A DNA stretch of 64,000 nt, taken from contig NC_043003.1 in assembly GCF_006345805.1 (NCBI RefSeq), positions 12,896,001-12,960,000 of the forward strand, read 5' to 3'. The DNA comes from Octopus sinensis (taxonomy: Eukaryota). The notes under the pieces are model-generated. The model was not told the origin of the DNA. It was given only the letters and a program-made list of their open reading frames with translations, and searched no databases. Positions 24,231 through 35,877 of the stretch are shown here, piece after piece (the stretch's first letter is position 1; each line of letters begins with the position of its first letter). Position numbers and translations under genes: made by a program.

Positions 24231-25493
24231 TTGGGCCATCCCATAAATAATGTGGGTTTTTTTATACTTCTTTTATTTTTCAAAATTAAGATAAACAGAG
24301 TTCTTTTCTAATCTAAAATACACTCTCCTTCATTTTCTACAATGCTCTTCCATCTATCTGATAGACTTGCAAGGCCCCTCTTTCAGAATTCACTTGTCCG
24401 TGACAAAAAATACTCCTCCAGTACTGTTCTGACCTTGTCTACAGAATTCATATTTTTTCCATCGAAATGATTTTGAAAACTGTGGAATAAATGATAATCA
24501 GGTGGGGCAATGTCCGGCGATTTTGATGGGTGGGGTATCTTTTCTCATTCAAACTGTTCCAGCCTTTGGAATGTCATCCTTGCTGTATGTGGCTGAGCAT
24601 TATCCTAATGGAAGAACACCCTCCATCTTGAGACCAAAGATGGTTGTTTTTCTTTTAGCACTGACTGAAGCCGCTCAAGCTGCTTGCAGCAGATCTCCTT
24701 TGTTATCGTTTGGTTTGGCTTTAAAAGTTCAAAGTGAACTAAACCTTTCATATCCCACTAAACAGATAACTACACCTACCATGGGTGAAGGCCTTCTTTA
24801 GCCTGGGGTGCCAGTGTGTCTCTATTCCCTACCTACTGTTTTGACATTTTTAGTGAGAACCCATTTCTCGTCACCAGTCACTATTCGGTCCAAAAATGGT
24901 TCATTCATGAGACGTGAAGGCAAAGAAGAGCACGCATTCATTCTCTGTGTGTAATTAGACTTGGAAAGTTTGTGAAGAACCCATTCACCCAATTTGCTGA
25001 CTTTTCCGATGCCACGGTGTCGATGAATGGTTGAATGACCAAATCCAAGCTTCTTTGTTAGTTCCTCAACAGTTACATTGGGATTTTGTTCCACAAGGGT
25101 TTGCAGGATACCCTCATTGAGATCTACAGATCTTCCAGGACAAGGTTAATCTTCTAGGCTTTTGTTTCTGGAACCACTGTTGACACTGGCTTATGCTTAT
25201 TATCCGATCCCCATATATTGCATTAATATTCCTCACACCTTCTGTTGTGTTGTTACCTTTATTGAATTCATAAAGCAAAATATACCAAATATGCTCCTTT
25301 GCCACTTCCATTATAGCTTTGAAAAAATAACTTAAAATTGAACTGCACTCTTCAAAACTTGCTCTAAGAATAAGTATAAGGTAAAATTACTATCTCCTTT
25401 TATAGAAAGTTGATGCAGGTAGTTTATCCCAATCCCCTCCAACTTTTAGTTCATGCAATCGAAAAAAACTGCATTATTTATGGGATGACCCAA
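24231..25493 (-). mobile_element. Near full-length decayed mariner (DD34D, mellifera-like), 1263 bp
   Basis: TA|TTGGGCCATCCCATAAATAATG ... CATTATTTATGGGATGACCCAA|TA. Transposase relic 25311 to 24308 with MEVAKEHIWYILLYEF, RIVTGDEKWV, H*DNAQPH and SPDIAPPDYHLF, broken by frameshifts and stops. Confidence 0.93.
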
Positions 25494-25653
25494 TATGTGT
25501 GTGTGTGTGTGATATGCTAGGTGTGCAATAAAATGAATGTGTTAGTTGTGATTCTTCACATTAGATGCCCTCTGCTGCACAACCCAGTGAGTTTCTGTGT
25601 GATCAATATAGGGTTATTTACGCTTCGTGTTTCCACTTTGTTTTTATTGAGAT

Positions 25654-25688
<35 letters not shown>

Positions 25689-25845
25689 GAGAGAGGGAGA
25701 CGGGGGAGTGGTAGGTGTGTTGGAGTTGAAACCCTGTCTTGTTTATTTCCCATTTTTTTTTTGTTTTTTGTTTTGGTTGCATTTTGATTTTCGAGTCATT
25801 GAAATAATTAATAATTCCGTTTTGGTTTTTTTTTTCTAATTGTAG

Positions 25846-25958
25846 TTCGGCATCAACAGCAGCAGCAGCAACAACAACAACAGCAACAACAGAACAGGAT
25901 GCCCCTGCCATCTTCCCAAACGACCTTCAGTCAGCAACAGTTACGACACCTGCTGCAG
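25846..25958 (+). CDS. Penultimate exon of a glutamine-rich protein (xRH-Q13-NRMPLPSSQTTFSQQQLRHLLQ)
   Basis: Long poly-T tract with ctaat branch point and TAG acceptor, CAG|GTAATT donor. Mixed CAA/CAG codons. Phase 0 end joins 26672 in frame. Confidence 0.8.
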
Positions 25959-26249
25959 GTAATTCTTTTTTTTTTTTTTTTATTTTGGCCCCCACCAAAT
26001 CATTATTTTATTTCTTCATTTATTTATATCATCTTTTATTGGTTTCAGTCATTTGACTGTGGCCATGCTGGAGCACCACCTTTAGTCAAACTAATTGATC
26101 CTAGGACTTATTCTTTGTAAGCCTAGTACTTATTCTATCGGTCTCTTTTTTGCCGAAACGCTAAGGTACAGGGACGTAAACACACCACCATCGGTTGTCA
26201 AGCGATGTTGGGGGCACAAACACAGGCACACAAACATATACACACATAC

Positions 26250-26319
<70 letters not shown>

Positions 26320-26671
26320 GACAGCTTCTTCTTTCAGTTTCCGTCTACCAAATCCACTCCCTAGGCTTTGGTCGGCCCGAGGCTATAGTAGAAGACTCTT
26401 GCCCAAGGTGCAACGCAGTAGGACTGAACCCGGAACCATGTGGTTGGTAAGCAAGCTACTTACCACACAGCCACTCCTACGCCTATATAACTTTAAAATA
26501 GGACCGTCGGGGCCCTTCGCTCGAAAGGTGGCTTAGTTTTAGAATGACGTTGTAGGGTAGGTGTGAGAGGCCAGTTATGGTCAGTTTGAATGCCAAAGGG
26601 GGTTAAAAAACAAAATTTCAGTTTTTAACTGTTTTCCTTCTTCATCCTGACATCTCATTCCTGTATTGCAG

Positions 26672-26823
26672 CAGCAGCAGCAACAGCAGCAGCAGCAACA
26701 ACAACAGCAGCAGCAGCAGCAACAGCAACAGCAGCACCAGCAGCCTAACCAACCGGCGGCACAACAAGCGGCCACCACGCAGCAGCAACACCACCACATG
26801 CGGCAGAACCACATGCAGATGTT

Positions 26824-26871
<48 letters not shown>

Positions 26872-27037
26872 ACAACAGCAGCAGCAGCACCGCGTCCCGG
26901 TTTCTCAGTCGCATAACGTGACGATGGGCTCAGCCCCAGGGCAACAGATGCCAGGGCCTCCTGGCATGGCACCCCCACCTTCAGGCATGCCTCAAACCGC
27001 AGGTCAGAACTATGGTGAAGAGTTTGACCTGATGTAA
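26672..27037 (+). CDS. Terminal exon of a glutamine-rich protein (two ~21-Q tracts, P/G/M-rich tail ending GQNYGEEFDLM*)
   Basis: Acceptor ttcctgtattgCAG. GC-rich coding-like composition in an AT-rich context. Mixed CAG/CAA codons. TAA at 27035-27037. Confidence 0.85.
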
Positions 27038-27073
27038 ACCTAATCTGACTGATATGATAATATCTTTAAACTA

Positions 27074-27087
27074 GTTGTCATGGCAAC
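27074..27087. promoter_or_regulatory. RFX X-box-like motif GTTGTCATGGCAAC
   Basis: 13 of 14 bases match the palindromic X-box GTTGCCATGGCAAC. Lies in unique sequence 37 bp after the stop codon. Confidence 0.3.
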
Positions 27088-27155
27088 TTGCCTAATTCCT
27101 CATCGCTTCCCATCTAAACAACATTGATACTAATCCACACCCATCAATACATCAC

Positions 27156-27156
<1 letters not shown>

Positions 27157-27188
<32 letters not shown>

Positions 27189-27309
27189 GTATGTATATGT
27201 ATGTATATATATATGTATGTATATGTATGTATATGTATGTATATATATATGTATATATATATATGTATGTATATATATGTATATATATATGTATATGTAT
27301 GTATATATG

Positions 27310-27342
<33 letters not shown>

Positions 27343-27518
27343 GTATATATATGTATGTATATATATGTATATATATGTATGTATATTATATATATATATG
27401 TATGTATATATATATATATATGTATATGTATGTATATTTATGTATATATGTATATATATTTATGTATATATGTATATATATGTATGTATATGTATGTATG
27501 TATATTTATGTATATATG

Positions 27519-27557
<39 letters not shown>

Positions 27558-27636
27558 GTATATGTATGTATATATATGTATATGTATGTATATGTATATA
27601 TATGTATGTATATGTATGTATATGTATGTATGTATG

Positions 27637-27679
<43 letters not shown>

Positions 27680-27767
27680 GTATATATATGTATGTATATG
27701 TATATATATGTATGTATATATATGTAATGTATATCTATATATGTATGTATATAATATATATGTAATT

Positions 27768-27802
<35 letters not shown>

Positions 27803-27961
27803 GTATATGTATGTATGTATATATGTATGTATATGTATATATATAGATATGTATATGTATGTATATGTATGTATATGTATATATATAGATATGTATATGT
27901 ATGTATATGTATATGTATGTATATATATATGTATGTATATATATGTATATATATGTATATG

Positions 27962-28008
<47 letters not shown>

Positions 28009-28019
28009 GTTTCTATATG

Positions 28020-28080
<61 letters not shown>

Positions 28081-28317
28081 GTATATATATATATGTATAT
28101 ATATGTATATATATGTTATATATGTATATATATATGTATATATATATGTATGTATATGTATGTAGATATATATTATGTATGTATATGTATGTTAGATATT
28201 ATATCATGTATGTATATGTATGTATATATATAATGTATATATAATGTATGTATATGATGTAGATATATCTATATTATGTATATGTATGTAGATATATAGT
28301 ATGTATATATATGTATG

Positions 28318-28350
<33 letters not shown>

Positions 28351-28598
28351 TATATATATGTATGTATATATATGTATATCTATATGTATGTATATATATG
28401 TGTATGTATAATATATGTGTATGTATATATTATGTATGTATGTATATATATGATTATATATATGTATATGTATGTATATATGTATATATATGTATCATGT
28501 TATGTATTTATTATACTATATGTATGTATATATGTATATGTATGTATATATGTATGTATCTATGTATATGTATATATATCTATCTATATATATATAGA

Positions 28599-28671
<73 letters not shown>

Positions 28672-28850
28672 GTGTATACAAGAGCGTGTGTTTGTGTGTA
28701 TATATATGTGGGTATAAATCTGTGTGTACATATCTGTTTGTGGCTAATACATGCACACACACATTTTCATATATATCATATATTTGTTCTATGTATATAT
28801 ATTATATATATATTTATTATATATTATGTATTATATACTTTATATATTGG
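27157..28850. repeat. ~1.7-kb complex (TA)/(TATG) microsatellite
   Basis: Almost only A, T and G in alternating purine-pyrimidine units. Confidence 0.95.
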
Positions 28851-29092
28851 GCTGGTGTATAATTATTGCGGCTTTTTTTTTCTCAACAAATTTTATTCCA
28901 CATAAACAATAACAATATTTAACAAAAACAACTTTAAATGACGGTCTGACTGTCTGCCAAGCAAATGGGAAGCAGTAATTGAAGTAGATGGTGAATATGC
29001 TCCGGAATAATCATTTAAAGATGTTTTTGTTAAATGTTGTTATTGTTTTTGTTGAATAGAATTTGTTGAAAAAAGCCACAATAATTATGCAC
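28847..29092. mobile_element. Mariner-derived long-TIR MITE (partial inverse copy at 42548-42685)
   Basis: TA|TTGGGCTGGTGTATAATTATTGCGGC start with ~95-bp inverted arms. The loop encodes LPSKWEAVIEVDGEYAPE*, a mariner C-terminus. Confidence 0.8.
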
Positions 29093-30212
29093 ATATAGAT
29101 AATATGCATTATATCATCGTTGATACGTTATCTATATTACATATATAACATATATATACATCACATATAATATATATCATATATGATATATATATAATAT
29201 AATATATGTATATATGTATATATATATTCATGTCATGTATGTCTTATGTTCTTTATGGAGATTGGATAAAGAAAACTCCATTATTTACTTTAATTTAATT
29301 TAATTTCTATTTTCGTTTCTATTGCCTTATTCTCTTATCACCCTTATTCTACCCCCACATCGTACCCTAACATCTCATGTCTACCCCTTTGTTTAGTGTA
29401 CATTAAATTGACCCCACTCCCAGCCAGGTATTTGTGCTCTTTTTTTTTTTTATTTTCTAGTTCTAAGTACTCCCTTCTAAGTTTAAATACTCCTGTTTAT
29501 TTAGCTTTAAGTACTCCTTTTCTTTTAGATTTCAAGTACATCTTTTTTTGTTTAGATTTAAACACCTCCTATTTTTTTTTTTTATACTTCAGCTACTAAA
29601 TGCTTGTCAAATAAAAACAAGTCCCAAAAACCCAGAAACCAAATTTATGAAAGAAACAATGAAATATGAAGCAAACCATACAAAAAAATACAAAGAAAAA
29701 TATTTTAAAATATCAAATATATATATACATACATATATATATATATATATTTCACTCTATCAGTCAAAAGACTTTGTCTCAAAGAACTGTAACTGTATAT
29801 TACATATAAGTTCATTAAAGTAAATTAAAGCCAAATTAAAAACAAATTATAAACAGCAATGTTTTGTTGACTATTTTTCTTAGGTGCGTGCACGCATCTG
29901 TGTGTGAGTGACAGGTAAAGCATGTAAGATATGTGTGTATAAATATCTATTTCTTTACTACCCACAAGGGGCTAAACACAGAAGGGACAAACAAGGACAG
30001 ACAGACGGATTAAGTCGATTGTATCGACCCCAGTGCGTAACTGGTACTTATTTAATCGACCCCGAAAGGATGAAAGGTAAAGTTGACCTCGGCGGAATTT
30101 GAACTCAGAACTTAGCGTCAGACGAAATTCTGCTCAGCATTTCGCCCAGCATGCTAACGTTTCTGCCAGCTCACCGCCTTTGTGTGTATAAATATCGTTC
30201 TCTGCAAACTAA

Positions 30213-30435
30213 TACGAGGGATTGCTGAAAGGTTCCTGGCTTTAAGGGGGTTGCGGAAGAGTTTTTTTTCTTTGCTTTTCTTTTTTTTTTCTTTACAAGG
30301 CTTACAGAAACTGAAGGACCATGGCAACAAGTGTGTGAATCTGAGAGGGGAACATGTTGAATAGAATCATAATTAACTGATCTTCCTGTAATTTCTTTTA
30401 CTCAAACCCAGGAACTTTTCAGCACCCCATCGCAT
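30213..30435 (+). mobile_element. Irritans-like mariner MITE (second copy split by a SINE at 33962-34100 and 34585-34643)
   Basis: TACGAGGG..TGCTGAAAGGTTCCTGGCTTT / CCAGGAACTTTTCAGCACCCC termini. Interior encodes LQKLKDHGNKCVNLRGEHVE*. Confidence 0.75.
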
Positions 30436-30444
30436 TCTTTTGTC

Positions 30445-30958
30445 GCCAGGGGCACGGTGGAACTTAGATCCTTAAGTTAAATCTTTTGGATATTTTCCTA
30501 TGTCTACAGGCTCGCGTAAAATGTTTATCCACGTATCTAAGAATGGCCCTATCCACACAAAATGAGAAAGAGGAGGGAGACCAGATGAGTTTGCGGTGGT
30601 GCTTTTAGGCCGAGCATGTAAGTAACGTGGTTGTTAAACCCACTGGGTGCCAAAACAGCGTTATAGTAGGAAGCCGCTGTGTTGAAGACCTCTTTACAGG
30701 AGGAGGTCCTAATTCTGACACCGTTTACAAGGTTTTTAAACCCTATAGGTAGGTGGTAAGAAATTGTTTGTATGATAGCCTCTCGTTTGGTTTACAATAA
30801 GGCCTGTCTGATTCTGTGCCTAAATCATGTGTTACGCCCAAGAAATTAACTACGGTTATGTTGGGCTCAAGAAAATTAAGGGTGTAGATCAGGTCTTTCT
30901 TGAACCGGTGCAGAGTGTCCCCTTTCACATTTCCAAAGATGTCATCTCTATATAAGCT
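30445..30958 (-). mobile_element. Penelope-like element reverse transcriptase relic
   Basis: LYRDDIFG...RFKKDLI...TVVNFLGVTHDLGTESDRPYCKPNE and, downstream, FLRYVDKHF...HRKISKRFNLRI, matching PLE GLYRDD / VNFLDVTLDL / PYRKPN motifs. Confidence 0.8.
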
Positions 30959-31265
30959 AACTTATAATGAAAAACTAAAGCAAAAAAAAAAAAAAAAAAC
31001 AAGGTTTCTTTCTCGAGTCCTATGGACTCAAAAGGGCTGCTTTCCCGTAACATATTTTTCTCCCCTGGAATATGGGTCCGTTTTAGGATTACTCATTTCT
31101 GCCAGCTGAGTGGACTGTAGTAACGCGAAATGAAATGTTTTGCTCAAGAACACAATGCCTAGCCTGGTCTAGGAATTGAAACCACAACCTTACACTCACG
31201 AGTCGAATATCCTGACCACTAATCTATACGCCTCTGTCTATAACCGCGTTCAGAGATTTATTGCT

Positions 31266-31312
<47 letters not shown>

Positions 31313-31560
31313 CACACACATTTATTCATATATTCGACGGGCTTCTTTCAGTTTCCCTCTACCAAATCCACTCACAAGATTGGTCGGCCCGAGGCTATAG
31401 TAGAAGACACTTGCCCAAGGTGCCACGCAGTGGGACCGAACCCGGAACCATGTGGTTCCTAAGCAAGCTACTTACCACATTTAGTACATAAAAAAATATA
31501 CATGGTAACTTAATTTTGGGACACCTGTGTGTGCGTGCGTGTGTGTGTCTGTGCGCGTAC

Positions 31561-31591
<31 letters not shown>

Positions 31592-32090
31592 CTTTCTGCT
31601 TGTGTTTGTTCCCCAAACGAAGCCCCACCGCTTGACAACCGGCGTTTAATTCCCTATACCTTATCGGTTCGGCAAAAGATACCAATAGAATAAGAACGAG
31701 ACTTTAAGAAAAAATACTGGAGAGTGAACCTGTGCAGCTAGAAACCAATCAAGGCTGTGCCCCAGCATGGCCGCATCCGCTGCCTGAAAGAAGTAAAAGA
31801 TAAAAGATATGTATATGTAATAATGAACAATTAACCTCGGCATATCGCAAGTTTTATTTTCAAGGGACACAACTCTTATTTGAAAGGCATGTTTTATTTT
31901 TGAGTTATCTCCTCTTGCAATGGTGACTTCAGAAACGCTCAAAATTTACATTTTGAGATTCGTGCATGTAACCGATGGCTTATCTCTCGTCACTGGTCTT
32001 GTATCAAGAGAGACATAAAACTGAGTCATACATACGGAAAAATCGAAAGCTGGTGATCTATGGAGCGAAGATATTGGCATGTATCGTGTA

Positions 32091-32479
32091 CTAGCAGTAT
32101 TGTACGGCGTTGCTCGTGTTTGTTTTGACCCTTTAGAATTGGATTTTTGGAAAGTAAAAATTTTGCATTATGTAGCTTTTATTCTCATTAAGTGACCATT
32201 TTTCTGGTTGAAATACACCGAAAAATGGCAACACAGCAGTAAAAAAAATCGTAAAAAATAGGGATTTCCATAGAAAAAAAGCACCTTTTTGATGTAAATA
32301 ATTAATGGCGTTAACATGGTCCGATTTGAATTTTTTCTTCTACGGAATAAAGAGCAAGCCTTCTTCTATCATACTCTCAATTCTGGTTAACTTGCGTCGC
32401 AGGGTCTCAGAGGAGACAGTGTTAGTTGAAGGCTACCAAACCTGCCACACACAGACGACTTCAGCTTTATATATATAGA
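32091..32479 (-). mobile_element. Non-autonomous Helitron, interior type A
   Basis: Homologous to 19350-19740. TC...CTAG termini. Confidence 0.8.
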
Positions 32480-32649
32480 TTGTATAGATTAATGCTGATT
32501 TACAGAGGGTCCTAGAATTTGAATAAAGCATATCGCAGAAGCAATAGTAAACGTTCAATATTGCCCAACGAACAGCTGAGATCAATAAAATCTGTCTGTT
32601 ACCCTAGATTGCTTGCTACCTTGATAGACAGATATACATTGTATGTATA

Positions 32650-33946
32650 TCTATATATATAAAACTCTAGTTGTGTGAGTGTCTGTCCCCTTCGATTTAG
32701 ATTCCTAACTCCTCCCACATTTTGCGGTGCAGTTTAACCAAATTCGGGTATCTTATAGTCGTGATTCATATCGAGCCCGTCTGACTATTAGCGCGCGTCA
32801 ACGATGAGTCTACGATTTTAAAAATAATTAACATCATTTTATTCCATTTTAATGCATAAAATGCATCGTGTGTCGATGGCGGCGGAGTTGGCGTCCACGC
32901 TCACAAGCTGCACCTGTTTGCTTCTCCTCCTTCCCTCCCTCGTGAAGCTGTGGGGAAGGGAGTGTAAGGAAATCAACGTCGTAAAGCGTTGTCAAGCAGA
33001 CCAGCGTTTTTTAGAACAACGACTTCATGGCTTGAAGACACCAAAATAAAAATGGCTAAGAAGGCCCGAATTTTAAGGGAAGTAACTCTCTAAAAATGCT
33101 TATATAGTTATTTCCCTTACAAACCCGAGCAACGCCGGGCGATACTGCTAGTCTATATATATAAAAACTGTAGTTGTGTGAGTGTCTGTCCCCTTCGATT
33201 TAGATTCCTAACTACTCCCACATTTTTGCGTGCAGTTTAAACAAAATTTAACATCATTTTTTATTCCTTTTAATGCATAATTTTTCGTGTGTCGATGGCG
33301 GCGGAGTTGGAGTTGGCGTCCATGGTCACACCTGCACCTGTTTGCTTCTCCCCTTCTTCCCTCCCTCATGAAGCTGTGGGGAAGGGAGTGTAAGGAAATC
33401 AACGTCGTAAAGCGTTGTCAAGGAGACCAGCGTTCTTTTAGAACAACGACTTCATGGCTTGAAGACACCAAACAGAAATGGATAAGAAAGCCCAAATTGG
33501 CATCTATAAGGGAAGTAACTTTCTAAAATGCTTATATAGTTATTTCCCTTACAAACCCGAGCAACGCCGGGCGATACTGCTAGTCTTTATATATAAAAGT
33601 CAAGTTGTGGTCTGTCTCCTACGATTTAGATTCCTAACTACTCCCATTTTGCGGTGCAGTTTAACCAAAACGGGGTATCTTATAGTCGTGATTCATATCG
33701 AGCCCTTCTGGGTATTAGCGCGCGTCTACGATGAGTCTACGATTTAAAAAAAAAATTTACCATCATTTTTTCCATTTTAATACATTTTTTTCACTATTAT
33801 ATAAGGAAAGTAACTCTCTAAAAATGTCTACGATGAGTCAACGATTTAAAAAAAATTTACCATAATTTTTTTTCCATTTTTAATGCATTTTTTTTGCTAT
33901 TTTTTGGCTATAACTCTCTAAAAATTCTTATATAGTTATTTCCCTT
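32650..33946 (+). mobile_element. Head-to-tail trimer of non-autonomous Helitrons, interior type B (32650-33151, 33152-33583, 33584-~33946)
   Basis: A|TC start, CCCGAGCAACGCCGGG hairpin 8 nt before CTAG, and exact CTAG|TC junctions. The third copy lacks its last ~30 bp. Confidence 0.9.
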
Positions 33947-34270
33947 ACTGCTCGTAATGTATACAAGAGAGAGCTGAGAAGTTCTTGGCTTTAAGGGTAT
34001 CACGAACGGCCTGGATGGAGGGCTCAACCTCTTGAGTTCTTTTACAGGGCTTGGAAAACTGAAGGACTGCTGCTGTAAGCGTGTAAATCTGAGAGGGGGG
34101 GATTAGGAGTGGCTGTGTGGTAAGTAGCTTGCTTACGAACCACATGGTTTCGGGTTCAGTCCTACTGCGCGGCACCTTGGGCAAGTGTCTTTTACTATAG
34201 CTTCAGGCCGTCCAAAGCTTTGTGAGTGGATTTGGTAGGCGGAAACTGAAAGAAGCCTGTCACATATATG

Positions 34271-34332
<62 letters not shown>

Positions 34333-34937
34333 ATGTGTGTGTGTGTGTGGTGTGTGTGTGTGTGTATGTTTGTGTGTTTATGTTTGTCTCCCCAACATCG
34401 CTTGACAACCGATGCTGGTGTGTTACGTCCCCGTAACTTAGCGGTTCGGCATAATGAGACCGATAGAATAAGTACTAGGCTTACAAAGAATAAGTCCTGG
34501 GGTCGATTTGTTCAATCGACTAAAGGCAGTGCTCCAGTATGGCCACCGTCAAATGATTGAAACGAGTAAAAGAGTAAAAGAATAACTTATCCTCCTCTAT
34601 TTTCTTTTACCCAAAACCAGGAACTTTTCAGCACCCTCTTGTACATATTTACTCAATACTTACACACACATGTATATACATGTATATTACTATACATCAT
34701 ATATATATATATAGCATTGTGTATATATGTATATATCATATGCATACAGACGCAGGAGTAGCTGTGTGGTAATAAGCTTGCTTACCAACCACATGGTTCC
34801 GGGTTCAGCCCCACTGCGTTGCACCTTGGGCAAGTGTCTTTTACTATAGCTTCAGGCCGTCCAAAGCTTTGTGAGTGGATTTGGTAGGCGGAAACTGAAA
34901 GAAGTCCGTCGTATGTGTATGTACATATATATATATA

Positions 34938-35452
34938 CTAGCAGTATCGCCCGGCGTTGCTCGGGTTTGTAAGGGAAATAACTATATAAGCATTTTTAGA
35001 GAGTTACTTCCTTTATAGATGCAATTCGGGCTTTCTTAGCCATTCTGTTTTGGTGTCTTCAAGCCATGAAGTCGTTGTTCTAAAAGAACGCTGGTCTCCT
35101 TGACAACGCTTTACGACGTTGATTTCCTTACACTCCCTTCCCCACAGCTTCACGAGGGAGGGAAGAAGGGGGAGAAGCAAACACAGGTGCAGGTGTTTGA
35201 GCGTCGACGCCAACTCCGCCGCCATCGACACACGAAAATTTATGCATTAAAATGGAATAAAAAATGATGTTAAATTATTTTTAAAATCGTAGACTCATCG
35301 TAGACGTGCGCTAATAGCCAGACGGGCTCGATATGAATCACGACTATAAGATACCCGAATTTGGTTAAACTGCACCGCAAAATGTGGGAGTAGTTAGGAA
35401 TCTAAATCGAAGGGGACAGACACTCACACAACTAGAGTTTTATATATATAGA
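34938..35452 (-). mobile_element. Non-autonomous Helitron, interior type B, complete
   Basis: Inverse copy of 32650-33151, inserted between A and T. Confidence 0.9.
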
Positions 35453-35556
35453 TATCATTTAAAATTGAATAAGAGTAGAAATTGATATTAATCAATTAAA
35501 ACCAGTGGCCTAACATATTAAAAAAATCCGAAGATTAAAATATTTTTTACATACAA

Positions 35557-35843
35557 AATTTAAAGGACTGACCACTAAAAGTGGACGGTCAATATGCTAG
35601 ATATAGACGTCAAAATCGCTATTTTCCACGAAGAATGTGTTCTCAAGAAAAAACTCAGAACAAAACCAAAGTGTAAAAAATAAGCAAGACAAATGAAAAT
35701 ATACGAAATAAGAACGATTACCTATGTACACTTTGGTTTTGTTCTGAGTTTTTTCTTGAGAACACATTCTTCGTGAAAATAGCGATTTTGACGTCTATAT
35801 CTAGCATATTGACCGTCCACTTTTAGTGGTCAGTCCTTTAAAT

Positions 35844-35844
<1 letters not shown>
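35557..35844. repeat. Near-perfect inverted repeat with ~119-bp arms and a 51-bp loop
   Basis: 35557-35675 is the reverse complement of 35727-35844 with very few differences. Confidence 0.9.

Positions 35845-35877
<33 letters not shown>

Noticed and set aside
25618-26978. Antisense poly-Ala, poly-Cys and poly-Leu ORFs
   Set aside because: Shadow frames of the CAG/CAA coding repeats.
27124-28905. Long ORFs up to 361 aa of Y/I/M/C/V
   Set aside because: Translations of the TA/TATG microsatellite. They lack stops only because of base composition.
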